The translations under genes were made by a program, and so were the position numbers. 64,000 bases of DNA from Terriglobia bacterium (GTDB taxonomy: Bacteria > Acidobacteriota > Terriglobia > JAJPHL01 > JAPKYU01): the NCBI GenBank assembly GCA_965223005.1, contig CBDCVK010000005.1, forward strand, positions 211,025 through 275,024, written 5' to 3'. Below the pieces are notes generated by a model. That model ran no database searches, had not been told where the DNA came from, and saw nothing but the letters and a program-made list of their open reading frames with translations. This document shows positions 29,705 to 40,001 of this stretch, piece after piece. Numbering within the stretch: the stretch's first letter is position 1; every line of letters starts with the position of its first letter.

Positions 29705-31315
29705 ATGACACCCAGTGGAGCGCAGAATGCCATGTTTCGTCTGAGTACCTTGTGTCTGGCGGCTCTTCTGTTACCTCTCGCGGGCGGGACCCGCGGAGCG
29801 GCTTTATTAAAGGGATTGGATGCCAGCATGTCGCAACGCGTTCACCCCGTGCTGATTCGCAACGACCATAACGCACTGCTGCAGGTAGTTGTGGAAGTGA
29901 AGCAGAAGGAAGACGTCCGTCTGCGGTCCGTCGCGTTCTCTCTCGACGGGACCGACAACCTGAACGATCTGGAATCCCTGGAGCTGTTCTATACCGGCGA
30001 AAAGCGCGAGTTTGCAACTGAAACTGCATTTGGCAAGCCGGCCCAGCCGGCCGCCAGGATCTCTTTCCGCGGAGATCAAACCCTGCGCGCCGGGAGCCAC
30101 GTGTTCTGGCTGTCTTGCAGGCTGAGGTCGAAGGCCGGCTTGTCCCGCAAAGTGGATGCAGCTTGCACGTCGATTGACACCACGGCAGGAAAGCTGACCC
30201 CGCGTGATCAATCGCCCGGAGTGCGCAAGCGAATCGGAATCGCGCTGCGCAAGCACAATGACGACGGCGTTCATACCTATCGTATCCCCGCGCTGACGAC
30301 TACGCCCAAGGGCACGTTGCTGTGCGTGTATGACATGAGATGGCGGAAGTCGCGTGATCTGCAGGAAGACATCGACGTCGGGCTTAGCCGCAGCACCGAT
30401 GGCGGCCGGACGTGGGAATCGCCCCGCGTCATTATGGACATGGGTGAATATGGCGGGCTTCCCCAGGAACAAAACGGAGTCGGCGACCCGGGAATCATTG
30501 TCGATCAGAAGACCGGCGAAATTTTTAGCTTTGCGGTATGGATGTGGGGCAAGCCCGGCAAGCATCAATGGAGAGGAGACGGGTCCGAACCGGGTTATGA
30601 GATCGGCAAGAGTGCCCAACTCATGCTGGTTCGCTCGAAGGACGACGGCCGCACCTGGACAAAGCCCGAGAACATGACCCGCAAGTTGAAAAAGGCTGAA
30701 TGGTGGCTGCTCGCTCCGTCGCCGCAGCAAGGAATCAACCTGGCCGACGGCACGCTTGTGATGCCCTCGCAGGGCCGCGATGAAAAGGGAGTGCCTTTTG
30801 CCAACCTCATAGTCAGCCGCGACCACGGCGCCACTTGGACCGTCAGCAATCCCTCCTTCAGTGGAGGGAACGAATGCCAGGCGGTGCAGCTGGGTGACGG
30901 CTCGATCATGCTGAACATGCGCAACGATCATGAACGGTATCGCGCCGTGTACGTGACACACGATCTTGGCCAGACGTGGCATCCGCACGAAACGAATCGC
31001 AACACGCTGATCGAACCGAACTGCAATGGCAGCTTGTATCGGGTCGATTATGGGAGGGCAGGCGAGAAAAAGCGGGTGTTGCTCTTTTCCAACCCGCATA
31101 CACAGAAAGGCCGGACCCACCAGACGATTCAAGTCAGTTTCGACGACGGCCGCACATGGCCGGAGAAAAGCCATCTTCTGCTGGACGAAGGCCTGGGACG
31201 CGGCTATCCGAGCATCACACGCATTGACGAACAGCACATCGGCATTGTCTATGAAGGCAGCCAGGCTGATCTGGTATTTGAGAAGATTTCGTTGGATGAA
31301 CTGCTGAAGCGGTGA
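29705..31315 (+). CDS. Exo-alpha-sialidase (GH33) with N-terminal accessory domain
   Basis: Signal peptide, YRIP motif, five Asp-boxes (STDGGRTW, SKDDGRTW, SRDHGATW, THDLGQTW, SFDDGRTW), RGYPS, VYE. Confidence 0.9.
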   Translation: MTPSGAQNAMFRLSTLCLAALLLPLAGGTRGAALLKGLDASMSQRVHPVLIRNDHNALLQVVVEVKQKEDVRLRSVAFSLDGTDNLNDLESLELFYTGEKREFATETAFGKPAQPAARISFRGDQTLRAGSHVFWLSCRLRSKAGLSRKVDAACTSIDTTAGKLTPRDQSPGVRKRIGIALRKHNDDGVHTYRIPALTTTPKGTLLCVYDMRWRKSRDLQEDIDVGLSRSTDGGRTWESPRVIMDMGEYGGLPQEQNGVGDPGIIVDQKTGEIFSFAVWMWGKPGKHQWRGDGSEPGYEIGKSAQLMLVRSKDDGRTWTKPENMTRKLKKAEWWLLAPSPQQGINLADGTLVMPSQGRDEKGVPFANLIVSRDHGATWTVSNPSFSGGNECQAVQLGDGSIMLNMRNDHERYRAVYVTHDLGQTWHPHETNRNTLIEPNCNGSLYRVDYGRAGEKKRVLLFSNPHTQKGRTHQTIQVSFDDGRTWPEKSHLLLDEGLGRGYPSITRIDEQHIGIVYEGSQADLVFEKISLDELLKR

Positions 31316-31399
31316 GCATCCGGCACTGGAATGCGACGGGCTTGTGGGCCGCATGATCCGCAAGTGAACCACCCGACGCAGACTCTTATGGGAGGTTTC

Positions 31400-32368
31400 A
31401 TGTCACGGCGGAAGGTTTATTTCAATGGCGAGTTTGTTTCAGAGCAGGAAGCTCGAGTGTCGATTTTCGACTCGGCCCTGATGTATGGCGACATGGTCTT
31501 CGACATGACCCGAACCTACCGTCAGCAGCCATTCAGACTTCGGGAACATCTGGAGCGAACTTATGCCGGATTGAAATATCTCGAAATTGACTGTGGGATG
31601 ACCTTGGAGGAGATGGAAAAAGCTACTCTGCAGACTCTCGAGATCAACCTTCCCGCCCTCGAGGACGCTGACGTTCAGATCATGCACGATATTTCGCGCG
31701 GCCCCCTGGGATTCTACAAGAGCGTTTTTGGCGGTAAGCTTCGTCCCACCGTATCCATCAACTGCTGGCCGTTGTGGTGGCATTTGGCGGGTTATGTGTC
31801 GCTCTATCGATCTGGCGTTAACGCTGTGGTTACCGCCCAGCGCTCGGTTCCCGCCCATCTCATCGATCCGAAGGTCAAGAATCGAAGTCGTGTCTTCTAC
31901 CAGATGGCGAATCTCCTGGCCCAGAAGGCTGATCCCAAAGGGTGGGCCCTGCTGACGGACGACCAGGGGCTGATCACCGAGGGAAGTGGATGGAATTTCT
32001 TCATTGTTCGCAGGGGGCGGGTCCTTACGCCGCAGGGACGGAACATCCTGTTGGGGATAACCCGCGGGGCTGTTTTGGAATTGCTAACGAAAATGGCAAC
32101 CCCCTGGAGTGAGGAAGATTTTGGGCTGTACGAGGTGGTGACCGCTGACGAGGCGTTCTGTACGGCTACGGGGTTTGCCATCATGCCCTGCACCCGCATC
32201 AACGGGCAACCCATCGGCGGTGGCCAGCCGGGAAAGTTAACTCGGAGACTGATGGCAGCCTGGAGTGAAATGGTCGGGGTGGACATCGTGACCCAGGCAG
32301 ATGAATATGCTAAGAAGGTAAAGGAGATGGAGTCGTACGACCGCAGCGACAGGAGGGTGAGCGCATGA
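31400..32368 (+). CDS. Aminotransferase class IV (BCAT/D-amino-acid aminotransferase-like)
   Basis: GGAGG RBS; YGDMVFD, FRLREHLER, PKVKN, ITEGSGWN, LLGITR, EAFCTAT. Confidence 0.9.
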   Translation: MSRRKVYFNGEFVSEQEARVSIFDSALMYGDMVFDMTRTYRQQPFRLREHLERTYAGLKYLEIDCGMTLEEMEKATLQTLEINLPALEDADVQIMHDISRGPLGFYKSVFGGKLRPTVSINCWPLWWHLAGYVSLYRSGVNAVVTAQRSVPAHLIDPKVKNRSRVFYQMANLLAQKADPKGWALLTDDQGLITEGSGWNFFIVRRGRVLTPQGRNILLGITRGAVLELLTKMATPWSEEDFGLYEVVTADEAFCTATGFAIMPCTRINGQPIGGGQPGKLTRRLMAAWSEMVGVDIVTQADEYAKKVKEMESYDRSDRRVSA

Positions 32369-33177
32369 ATATGAGCTTCAAAGATCGGGTTGTAGTCGTC
32401 ACCGGCGCGGCCATGGGAATCGGGGAGGCAGTCGCGCTCCGTTTCGCGCAGCTTGACGGAACGGTTGCTCTTCTGGACAACAACGAAGAGGCTGGCCAGA
32501 AGACCTCCAAGTCCTTGCAGGCCAAGGGCATGCGGGCAGAATTCTTCGCCTGTGACGTCAGCACGGCGGGGCAGGTTGAGCGAGCCATTGCCTCCGTGGT
32601 CAGCAAGCTCGGCGGCATAGACGTTTTGGTTAGCAACGCTGCGATTCAGCGCTACGGCGACGTGGTGAGCACATCCGAGGAGACGTGGGATGAAGTGATG
32701 GCCGTCAATCTGAAAGCGTCGTTCTTGCTTTCCAAGTACGCGGTCCCCCGGATGATTGAACGGGGAGGCGGAGCCATTGTTGTTACTGGCTCTGTGCAGT
32801 CACTGGCGGCATTGGGGAATTCGGTTGCCTATGTAACCGCCAAGCATGGCTTGTTGGGCATGGTGCGGGCGATTGCGATCGACCACGCAAAGCAGAAGAT
32901 CCGGGCGAATCTTGTCTGCCCGGGCGCGATCGACACGCCTATGCTGCGCTGGTCCGCCGGGTTGGCTCCCGAACCGGATAAAGTCATCGAAGCCTGCACC
33001 CGGGCCCACGCTTTGGGGCGAATCGGCCGACCCGAAGAAGTGGCCAACGCCATTGCGTTCCTGGCCAGCGAGTGGGCTTCTTTCATAACCGGAGCGGCCC
33101 TATTGGTGGATGGTGGCGTGTTGGCGCCGGCGGGCGGAATGGCGTTTGTTGAAAGCGGAACCGGCAGCCATCAGTAG
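32365..33177 (+). CDS. Short-chain dehydrogenase/reductase
   Basis: TGAAMGIG, SNAAI, YVTAK, CPGAIDT, VDGG; ATGA overlap with the upstream gene. Confidence 0.93.
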   Translation: MNMSFKDRVVVVTGAAMGIGEAVALRFAQLDGTVALLDNNEEAGQKTSKSLQAKGMRAEFFACDVSTAGQVERAIASVVSKLGGIDVLVSNAAIQRYGDVVSTSEETWDEVMAVNLKASFLLSKYAVPRMIERGGGAIVVTGSVQSLAALGNSVAYVTAKHGLLGMVRAIAIDHAKQKIRANLVCPGAIDTPMLRWSAGLAPEPDKVIEACTRAHALGRIGRPEEVANAIAFLASEWASFITGAALLVDGGVLAPAGGMAFVESGTGSHQ

Positions 33178-33320
33178 GATTCCGTTTGTGCTGTGCCCCT
33201 TTCCGCCTGCTAGCGCTGTGTCCATCCGTTCTTCAGCGCCAGCCATGAGGGCAGCCACCGACGGCAGGTGTGATGACCAAAAGGTCAGGCGCCAGCCCTC
33301 AAAAGTCCACTTGAGCAACG

Positions 33321-34529
33321 TTAGTGCCTTGCATTTACTTCGCTACTTCTCGAATGCATAGAAAAGAAATGGAGGAATTTGCTCCGTTCCTCCGTGCGGG
33401 GGGGGGAGATGCCGGCCGCAACGGCGGCGATCCGACGTAGGCTGGTGGTCAGTTGGTCATTATGGTTCTTCGAGAGCGGAACGCCGAGGTTCATGGCTTC
33501 ACTCACTTGCCGGAAATCGTTTGGCAGCCGAGCGAAAATGCGGCGCTTCAGGTTCTTCTCTATGTTCTTCAGAGCCTCTTCGTCTTTGCGATGCCAGCGG
33601 TTCACGACGACGTGAATTTGGTGGGGTGCAAAGCCCGTAGAGGAAACGGCCGAAAGCTGACGGTCCAGGCTCCAGAGTGCGGGGACGTTTGCTTCTGTGA
33701 TCATGAAAACCTGGTGCGCCAGGCTCAGGACAGGCTTCCACTCTGTTGAGTAGTCCGAACCCAGGTCGATCACCACGAAATCGGAAGCGCTCTGAGCCAC
33801 GTTGACCACTCGGGCAATGGCAGGCACGGAAAGCCTGTGCCAGTGGTCCGGATGGGACGCTCCTGCCAAGAGTTGCAAGCCGCTCTCGTGCTGCACCAGG
33901 AGCCCACCTAGAAAGTGGCTGTCCAGGCGTTCCAGGTTTTCCACCGCATCGCCAATCGAGAATTTCGGCTGCAGATCCAGCAGCAAAGCGTCATGGCCCA
34001 AAGGGCGGGCCAAGTCAAACAGAACCACACGCTTGCTGGTGAGCTGGGCAAGTTGGACGCCTAAATTAACCGCGACCGTGCTGGTACCGACGCCACCCTT
34101 CGCACCCATCACTACGATCACTCTTGTTCCGTCTTCGGCTTGCCCGGTTTCGTGTTCCTGGAGGAAACGCTCCAGGATTGCTTTCAGCGCTCCTGGCTGA
34201 ACGGGTTTGGGTAGGAATTCCTGCACCCCGGTCCGCATGGCTTTCAGGAGCAACTCTGGATCCGGAGTTTTCCAGGGGGAGCAGGCGATGATGTGAACGG
34301 TCGGACGGCGACGCCGGAGTTGGTCCGCCAGGGCCAGGTATGGTTCGGTGTCCGAGTAGAGGTCCAACAGGACCACGTCCGGCACCGTCTCCCCTGAGCC
34401 AAGCTGCCAGTCACCTTTGCTGGGTAGGGTCCATTCCGCAACGGAGCTTACAAGCCCCGTTTGCTCGAGTAATGCTCGAAAAGTTCCGCTGCTTGTCGCG
34501 TCTTTGCTGGCAATAGCTGTGGTTAGCAT
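33321..34529 (-). CDS. cpaE: CpaE/TadZ-like pilus-assembly protein (receiver-like domain plus MinD/ParA ATPase)
   Basis: AMRTGVQEFLPKP, GAKGGVGTST, VIDLG, VVNRW, LPND, AMNLGVP. Confidence 0.85.
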   Translation of the reverse strand: MLTTAIASKDATSSGTFRALLEQTGLVSSVAEWTLPSKGDWQLGSGETVPDVVLLDLYSDTEPYLALADQLRRRRPTVHIIACSPWKTPDPELLLKAMRTGVQEFLPKPVQPGALKAILERFLQEHETGQAEDGTRVIVVMGAKGGVGTSTVAVNLGVQLAQLTSKRVVLFDLARPLGHDALLLDLQPKFSIGDAVENLERLDSHFLGGLLVQHESGLQLLAGASHPDHWHRLSVPAIARVVNVAQSASDFVVIDLGSDYSTEWKPVLSLAHQVFMITEANVPALWSLDRQLSAVSSTGFAPHQIHVVVNRWHRKDEEALKNIEKNLKRRIFARLPNDFRQVSEAMNLGVPLSKNHNDQLTTSLRRIAAVAAGISPPRTEERSKFLHFFSMHSRSSEVNARH

Positions 34530-35008
34530 AAGATTGGTCCTTTCAGTGCTGTCCCTTTTTCAGCGCCATGGACTTCATCTGGGGACTCACCGGGAGAATC
34601 CGTAGAAACTCCGGGAGGGATCTGCGGGTCTTCCGCCCCGCAACCATCGCGCAGAACAGCGCCGCCATGGTCTGGGTCCTTTGGGTCCTTGTGCTGTCCA
34701 TAACAGTGCCTAGTTAAACGGAGCCGCAACAAATGGCCAATAGGCCCACAGTTACATTTTTGTTTAGTACTTTTGGACTAGCGGGCGGGCGCCTAGCAGG
34801 TGGGGATCATGGCAGGATGGCGGGGCTTCTCCACCATGTGAGCAACGCCGCGCCACGGAGGGTATAGCTGAGCAATGGGTCGGTCCGCCTGCCGGTTGGC
34901 GGCACAGCCAGGGGAGTTCGTGTGAGATGCGTAGGCGCGACCCCTTCGCTCAGAAAAAGGGAAGTCAGCCGTTACGCTTGACGACCTTCTTCGGGGGGCT
35001 TTGGGGGG

Positions 35009-36466
35009 TTAAGCCAGCGCTTCCTCGATCAGGTTGCCACCGTTGATGGTAGCTCGCTCGGCCCTGCCGTTGTGCATGAAAGTCAGATTGAGATGGTTCA
35101 GACCCATCAGGTGCAGTATGGTGGCGTGGATATCGTGGACATGGCACGGGCGCTCGACGGCGCGGAGTCCGATTTCGTCGGTGGCACCAATGGTCTGGCC
35201 ACCCTTAATACCGCCGCCGGCCATCCAGAGCGTGAAACCCCAGGGGTTGTGGTCACGGCCGTCGCCCTTTTCGTTGAATGGCGTGCGCCCGAACTCGCCG
35301 CCCCACACCACGAGCGTCCTCTCCAGCAGGCCGCGGGCCCTCAGGTCGGTCAGCAGGCCAGCGATGGGTTTGTCGGAGACCTTGCACATCTTCGAATGGT
35401 TTCCTTCCACGTCCTCATGGGCATCCCAGGCCCTGCCGCTGCCACAATACGATTCTACAAATCGCACGCCGCGCTCCACCAGCCGACGGGCCATCAGGCA
35501 GTTGGCGCCAAACTTGGCGGTCGGCTCCTCATCCAAGCCATAAAGCTTCTTGGTAGTCTCGGATTCCTTCGATAGATCTACCGCCTCGGGAGCCGCCGAC
35601 TGCATCCGATAGGCCAGCTCGTAGGAATTCACCCGGGCTTCCAACTCCGTGTCGCCGAGCTTGTCAGCAGCGTAGTGCTGGTTCAAGGCGGACAGCAGGT
35701 CCAACTTGCTACGCTGTTGTTTTTCGCCTATGGTTTCGGGAGGAACCAAATGGAAAATGGGGGGACCTTCCTTGCGGAAGCGCGTTCCCTGGTAACTAGC
35801 GGGCAAGAAACCGGAGCTCCAGTTCTTGGAGCCGCCGACCACTGGACCCGCGTCGGTAAGAATCACGAAGGTGGGCAGATTCTCGTTCTCCGAACCTAGC
35901 CCGTAAGTCACCCAGGCGCCCAAGGCAGGCCGCCCGGCCAGGAGCGACCCGGTATTCATCTGGCTATTTGCAGGTAGGTGGGAAATGCCATCGGACCAAC
36001 ATGACCGCAGGACAGCGATGTCATCGACGTGCTGGGCGATCCGGGTATACCAGTCAGACACCCAGATGCCGCTTTGGCCGTAGCGCTTCCAGGTTCGCCG
36101 CGAGGGCATGAGCGTGTTCGAAGCACTCCGCTCTAAAGTGTCGCCTCCAGCAGTGATGGGCCGGCCAAATGAATCCGGCATCGGCTGGCCCCCCAGCTTT
36201 TCCAGCATCGGCTTGGGATCGAACAGGTCCACATGGCTCGGCCCGCCTTCCATGAAAAGCCAAATGACCGACGTAGCTTTGGGTGGATGATGCGGTTGCT
36301 TCGGAGCCAGAGGATTAACAGTGGCCGCTGCCGCCATCGGGGGGAATCTGCCATCCTGGCCGAGCAGATAGCCCAGCGCCAAGGCGCCCAGGCCGCTGCC
36401 AGCGCGGTTGAGAAACTCGCGTCGGGTTCGGACGGGAACGATAGGAAGTCCGTTTTTTTGCATCAT
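35009..36466 (-). CDS. DUF1501 family protein with Tat signal
   Basis: TRREFL, LFMEGGPSHVDLFDPKP, WDAH, GEFGRTP, GRDH, MAGGG. Confidence 0.9.
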   Translation of the reverse strand: MMQKNGLPIVPVRTRREFLNRAGSGLGALALGYLLGQDGRFPPMAAAATVNPLAPKQPHHPPKATSVIWLFMEGGPSHVDLFDPKPMLEKLGGQPMPDSFGRPITAGGDTLERSASNTLMPSRRTWKRYGQSGIWVSDWYTRIAQHVDDIAVLRSCWSDGISHLPANSQMNTGSLLAGRPALGAWVTYGLGSENENLPTFVILTDAGPVVGGSKNWSSGFLPASYQGTRFRKEGPPIFHLVPPETIGEKQQRSKLDLLSALNQHYAADKLGDTELEARVNSYELAYRMQSAAPEAVDLSKESETTKKLYGLDEEPTAKFGANCLMARRLVERGVRFVESYCGSGRAWDAHEDVEGNHSKMCKVSDKPIAGLLTDLRARGLLERTLVVWGGEFGRTPFNEKGDGRDHNPWGFTLWMAGGGIKGGQTIGATDEIGLRAVERPCHVHDIHATILHLMGLNHLNLTFMHNGRAERATINGGNLIEEALA

Positions 36467-36475
36467 GGCCTGCTC

Positions 36476-38758
36476 CTAGTTCCGATACACAAATTCGTTG
36501 GAGTTGATCAACATGTGGCAGAAATCGACCAGTACAGCTCCGTGCACCGGATCCATAGCATCCGGCAGCGAGGTCGGTAACGCCAGCTTTTCGTCTGCCG
36601 AAGCTCGCTCAGCAACGAGCGCACGGTGGCGCTGGAAGAATGTTAGCGCGGTTCGCTTTTCTCCCGCGTCAGGCTGCCGCGAATAAGCCAGCCGGTACGC
36701 CTCTTCGATTTGTGCCTCCGGACTCGGGCCCGCCCTCCCCAGCACGCGGCCCGCAAAAGCCTGGGCCCACTCCAGCGTCAATTTGTTGTTGAGAAACGTC
36801 AGCGCCTGCGGCGCCGTGGTCGTGATATGGCGGCGCCCACAACTTTCGTGGGTGTCGGGCATGTCGAAAACTTCGAGCATTGGGTAGCGGGCGTTCCGAC
36901 GCACAAATATATAAATGCTACGACGATTCCGCTCCGCTGGATCTTTCGAGACTTTCCAACCGCCTCGGATGACCATCCCTGGAGGAAGCTCGGGCAAGAC
37001 GCTGCGACCTCCTACCTTGGGGTTCAATAGGCCCGCGACGAACAGGGCTGAATCACGAATGACTTCACCTTGCAGTCGCTGGCGCGGGAACCGCCACCAC
37101 AGGTGGTTGCCGGGGTCAACCTTCGCAGCCTCTTCGCGGCCAGCCGAGGCCTGTTGATACGTGTTCGATGCCATGATCAGCCGATGCATCTGCTTGATGC
37201 TCCAGCCGCTTCGGATAAACTCATCAGCCAGCCAGTCCAACAACCTGGGGTGAGTCGGCCGGTCCCCCATCCTGCCAAAATCGCTCGGTGTGGCCAAAAT
37301 CCCGCGCCCAAAGTGGTAGTGCCAGATACGGTTCACCATGACTCGGGCGGTCAGCGGATTTTTCGGGCTGGCCAGCCAGTTTGCCAAAGCCGTCCGACGA
37401 CCGGTGGATTCCGCCACGCTGGGTGGGATGATTTTTGCGGAACGGGAGTCCAAGATCGAGAGAAAGCCCGGCTGAACCTCTTCTAGCGGCGCGTCATACT
37501 TGCCCACCACTAAGATATGAGTCGGCGGGGACTGCCGGCTGATATCGATGATTCCGGTGCCCAGGGCCAGTTCGCCTGGATGAACCGAAGAGAACTCTTC
37601 CATCTCAGCCTTGAGCGCCTCCAGCCCCGGCTGGACCTCCTTCCAGCGCTTCTGCCGTGTGGCATCGTCCTCCAGTTTCTTCGCTACGGTCTCCCAGGTC
37701 GGGTTCAAGAACTTTTTGACCCTGTAATATATTTGCCGCTGGATGGCGCTCCGCTCGGCGGCTGGCTTGCGAATGGCACTTCGGACTTCGGGTAGGTAGT
37801 TGGCCCAGAGTTCGGCTACTTCCGTTGTGTGCTCGGGTTCAATAAGCGCCTCAATCTTCTCCCGAATGTGGCGGGTTTTTTCTTCCCACACAGCCATCCG
37901 TTCGCGATGCTTCCGGACACGGTCAGGCGGCCAGAGAAAGATTCCGTCATTCGCGCCCACATTAGCGAAAAAAGCCTGCAATCGGTAATAGTCCGCTTGC
38001 AAGACGGGGTCGAATTTGTGATCGTGGCAGCGTGCGCAGCCATAGGTCAGGCCCAGGAAAGTCGCCGCCACCGTATCCGTGATGTCGTTCAGGATTTCCT
38101 GCCGACGCCGCAGGACATTCGGGGCGCGGCTTTCGTCGGGGTAATGACGGTTGAAAGCAGTGCCGATATGCACTTCAGGATCGTCAGGCCAGAGCTCATC
38201 GCCGGCGATTTGCTCGCGGATGAACCGGTCGTACGGCTTGTCCTGGTTGAATGCCTGGATGACGTAGTCTCGATAGCGCCAGGCGTTGGGTCGAGGTTCA
38301 TCTTCCGTGAAACCTTCGCTTTCGGCGTAGCGGGCCAGGTCAAGCCAGTGACGCGCCCAGCGCTCCCCGTAATGAGGTGAGGCGAGCAAACGATCCACGA
38401 CTTTCTCGAAAGCGTTGAGAGAGCGGTCTGCCAGAAAAGCATCGGCCTCCTGCGGCGTGGCCGGAAGGCCGGTCAGGTCGTACGTGGCGCGCCGCAGCAG
38501 ACTGATCTTGTCGGCGGGAGACGCCGGGGTCAGGCCCTTGGCCTCCAGCCGGGCCTGTATGAAGGCGTCAATCGGGTTGCGGACCCATTTCGCGCCTTGA
38601 ACTTCTGGAATTTCAGGCCGCTTGACTTGCTGAAACGCCCAGTATTTGCGGTCCTGCGGGGTGAAGGGATCCTTCGGAGGCGCAGCGGTGTTGGCGAGCG
38701 GCAGAAGTACAACCCCTGCCACCAGCAAGGTCATCAAGCAGGAGGTGTTTTGTTGCAT
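36476..38758 (-). CDS. DUF1549/DUF1553 (PSCyt2/PSD1) protein
   Basis: NPIDAFI, DLTGLP, YGERWARHWLD, CARCHDHKFDP, ARVMVNRIW, PTHP, RRSIY, PQAL. Confidence 0.9.
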   Translation of the reverse strand: MQQNTSCLMTLLVAGVVLLPLANTAAPPKDPFTPQDRKYWAFQQVKRPEIPEVQGAKWVRNPIDAFIQARLEAKGLTPASPADKISLLRRATYDLTGLPATPQEADAFLADRSLNAFEKVVDRLLASPHYGERWARHWLDLARYAESEGFTEDEPRPNAWRYRDYVIQAFNQDKPYDRFIREQIAGDELWPDDPEVHIGTAFNRHYPDESRAPNVLRRRQEILNDITDTVAATFLGLTYGCARCHDHKFDPVLQADYYRLQAFFANVGANDGIFLWPPDRVRKHRERMAVWEEKTRHIREKIEALIEPEHTTEVAELWANYLPEVRSAIRKPAAERSAIQRQIYYRVKKFLNPTWETVAKKLEDDATRQKRWKEVQPGLEALKAEMEEFSSVHPGELALGTGIIDISRQSPPTHILVVGKYDAPLEEVQPGFLSILDSRSAKIIPPSVAESTGRRTALANWLASPKNPLTARVMVNRIWHYHFGRGILATPSDFGRMGDRPTHPRLLDWLADEFIRSGWSIKQMHRLIMASNTYQQASAGREEAAKVDPGNHLWWRFPRQRLQGEVIRDSALFVAGLLNPKVGGRSVLPELPPGMVIRGGWKVSKDPAERNRRSIYIFVRRNARYPMLEVFDMPDTHESCGRRHITTTAPQALTFLNNKLTLEWAQAFAGRVLGRAGPSPEAQIEEAYRLAYSRQPDAGEKRTALTFFQRHRALVAERASADEKLALPTSLPDAMDPVHGAVLVDFCHMLINSNEFVYRN

Positions 38759-38951
38759 TTCATCGAGAGGCTAGCTAGGAAAAATGTGTGATAAACGCCT
38801 GAAACCGTTCGCCAGCTGCCTCTCGTAAAACACCTCTTGTAAGGGTAGGCCTCATCGGGGTGACTGTCAATAATCAATGACAAAGACGCTCTCTTGGGCA
38901 ACTTCACAGGGGTAGCACCTTGGGATGGCCGCCCGGGCGGCTCTGGAAGCC

Positions 38952-39872
38952 TTAAGGACGAACTCCTTCTGCTTCCAGACGAATCCGATATAGTCCCGTT
39001 CGAGCGGTCATGTAGAGTGTCTTGGCATCACTCGCACCCCAGTGACAGTTGGCGGGAATCTCAGAGGGCTTAATTGTACCGAGATGCTTGCCGTCGGGTG
39101 AAAAGATCCAGACACCTCCCGGGCCTGTACAATAGAGGTTTCCGTTCTTGTCCACCTTCATGCCGTCCGGTGCACCTGCCTCGGCCTCTCGCGTGACATC
39201 GCAGAAGACAGTGCCGTTGGCGATCGTACTGTCCGGCTGCACCTCGAAGCGCATCCAGATTTTCTTTGCCCGGTCGGAATTAGCTACGTAGAGATACTTC
39301 TCGTCCGGAGAGAAGACAAGCCCGTTGGGACGAGTCATCTCGCTGTAAAGCAGCTGCAGTTCACCTCCAGCCAGGCGGTATATCCCGTTGAAGTCCAAAT
39401 CCCTCTGGGGATCGTCCTCGAGTCCTACCAAGCCATAAGGAGGATCTGTGAAGTAGAGAGACCCGTCGGATTTGTAAACCAAATCATTGGGGCTGTTGAG
39501 GCGCTTCCCTTTGTATTTGTCAGCCAGCACGGACAAACTACCGTCCTTTTCCAGACGCGTGATGCGGCGATTCCCGTGCTCGCAGATGACGAGCCGGCCT
39601 TCAGAATCAAGCGTCAGACCATTTGAGCCGATGACGGCTCCCTCGGGCGCGTCTGATCCGTCGTAACCACTTGGCTTCCGGAACAAGGTGACTCCACCAT
39701 CGGGGGCCCATTTGAAGATGGAGTTCGCGGGTATGTCGCTAAACAGCAGATATCCCTCGTGGACCCAGACGGGACCCTCTGTGAAGCGAAACCCGCCGGC
39801 CAACTTTTCAATCTTGGACGATTCCGTCACGATCGAATCGAGCGCTGGGTCTGCCTTGACAATTTCACTCAT
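38952..39872 (-). CDS. SMP-30/gluconolactonase family protein
   Basis: FTEGPVW, FSDIP, SNGL, LNSPND, FTDPPYG, PNG, PDGMKVD. Confidence 0.93.
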   Translation of the reverse strand: MSEIVKADPALDSIVTESSKIEKLAGGFRFTEGPVWVHEGYLLFSDIPANSIFKWAPDGGVTLFRKPSGYDGSDAPEGAVIGSNGLTLDSEGRLVICEHGNRRITRLEKDGSLSVLADKYKGKRLNSPNDLVYKSDGSLYFTDPPYGLVGLEDDPQRDLDFNGIYRLAGGELQLLYSEMTRPNGLVFSPDEKYLYVANSDRAKKIWMRFEVQPDSTIANGTVFCDVTREAEAGAPDGMKVDKNGNLYCTGPGGVWIFSPDGKHLGTIKPSEIPANCHWGASDAKTLYMTARTGLYRIRLEAEGVRP

Positions 39873-40001
39873 TTCAACTGTGTTTCCGGCACGTTCCGCG
39901 AGCTGACCTTATAACACAGCAGCTGCTCGCTACGCGCTTCTCCACGTGGCTCGGCATTCTACGCCAACGGTCTTGTTGACTCAAGAGCTCGCTCGAAGCC
40001 G

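Noticed and set aside
34523-34732. 69-aa ORF upstream of cpaE as a pilin or secretin fragment
   Set aside because: No Flp prepilin motif, hydrophobic helix or recognisable secretin sequence.
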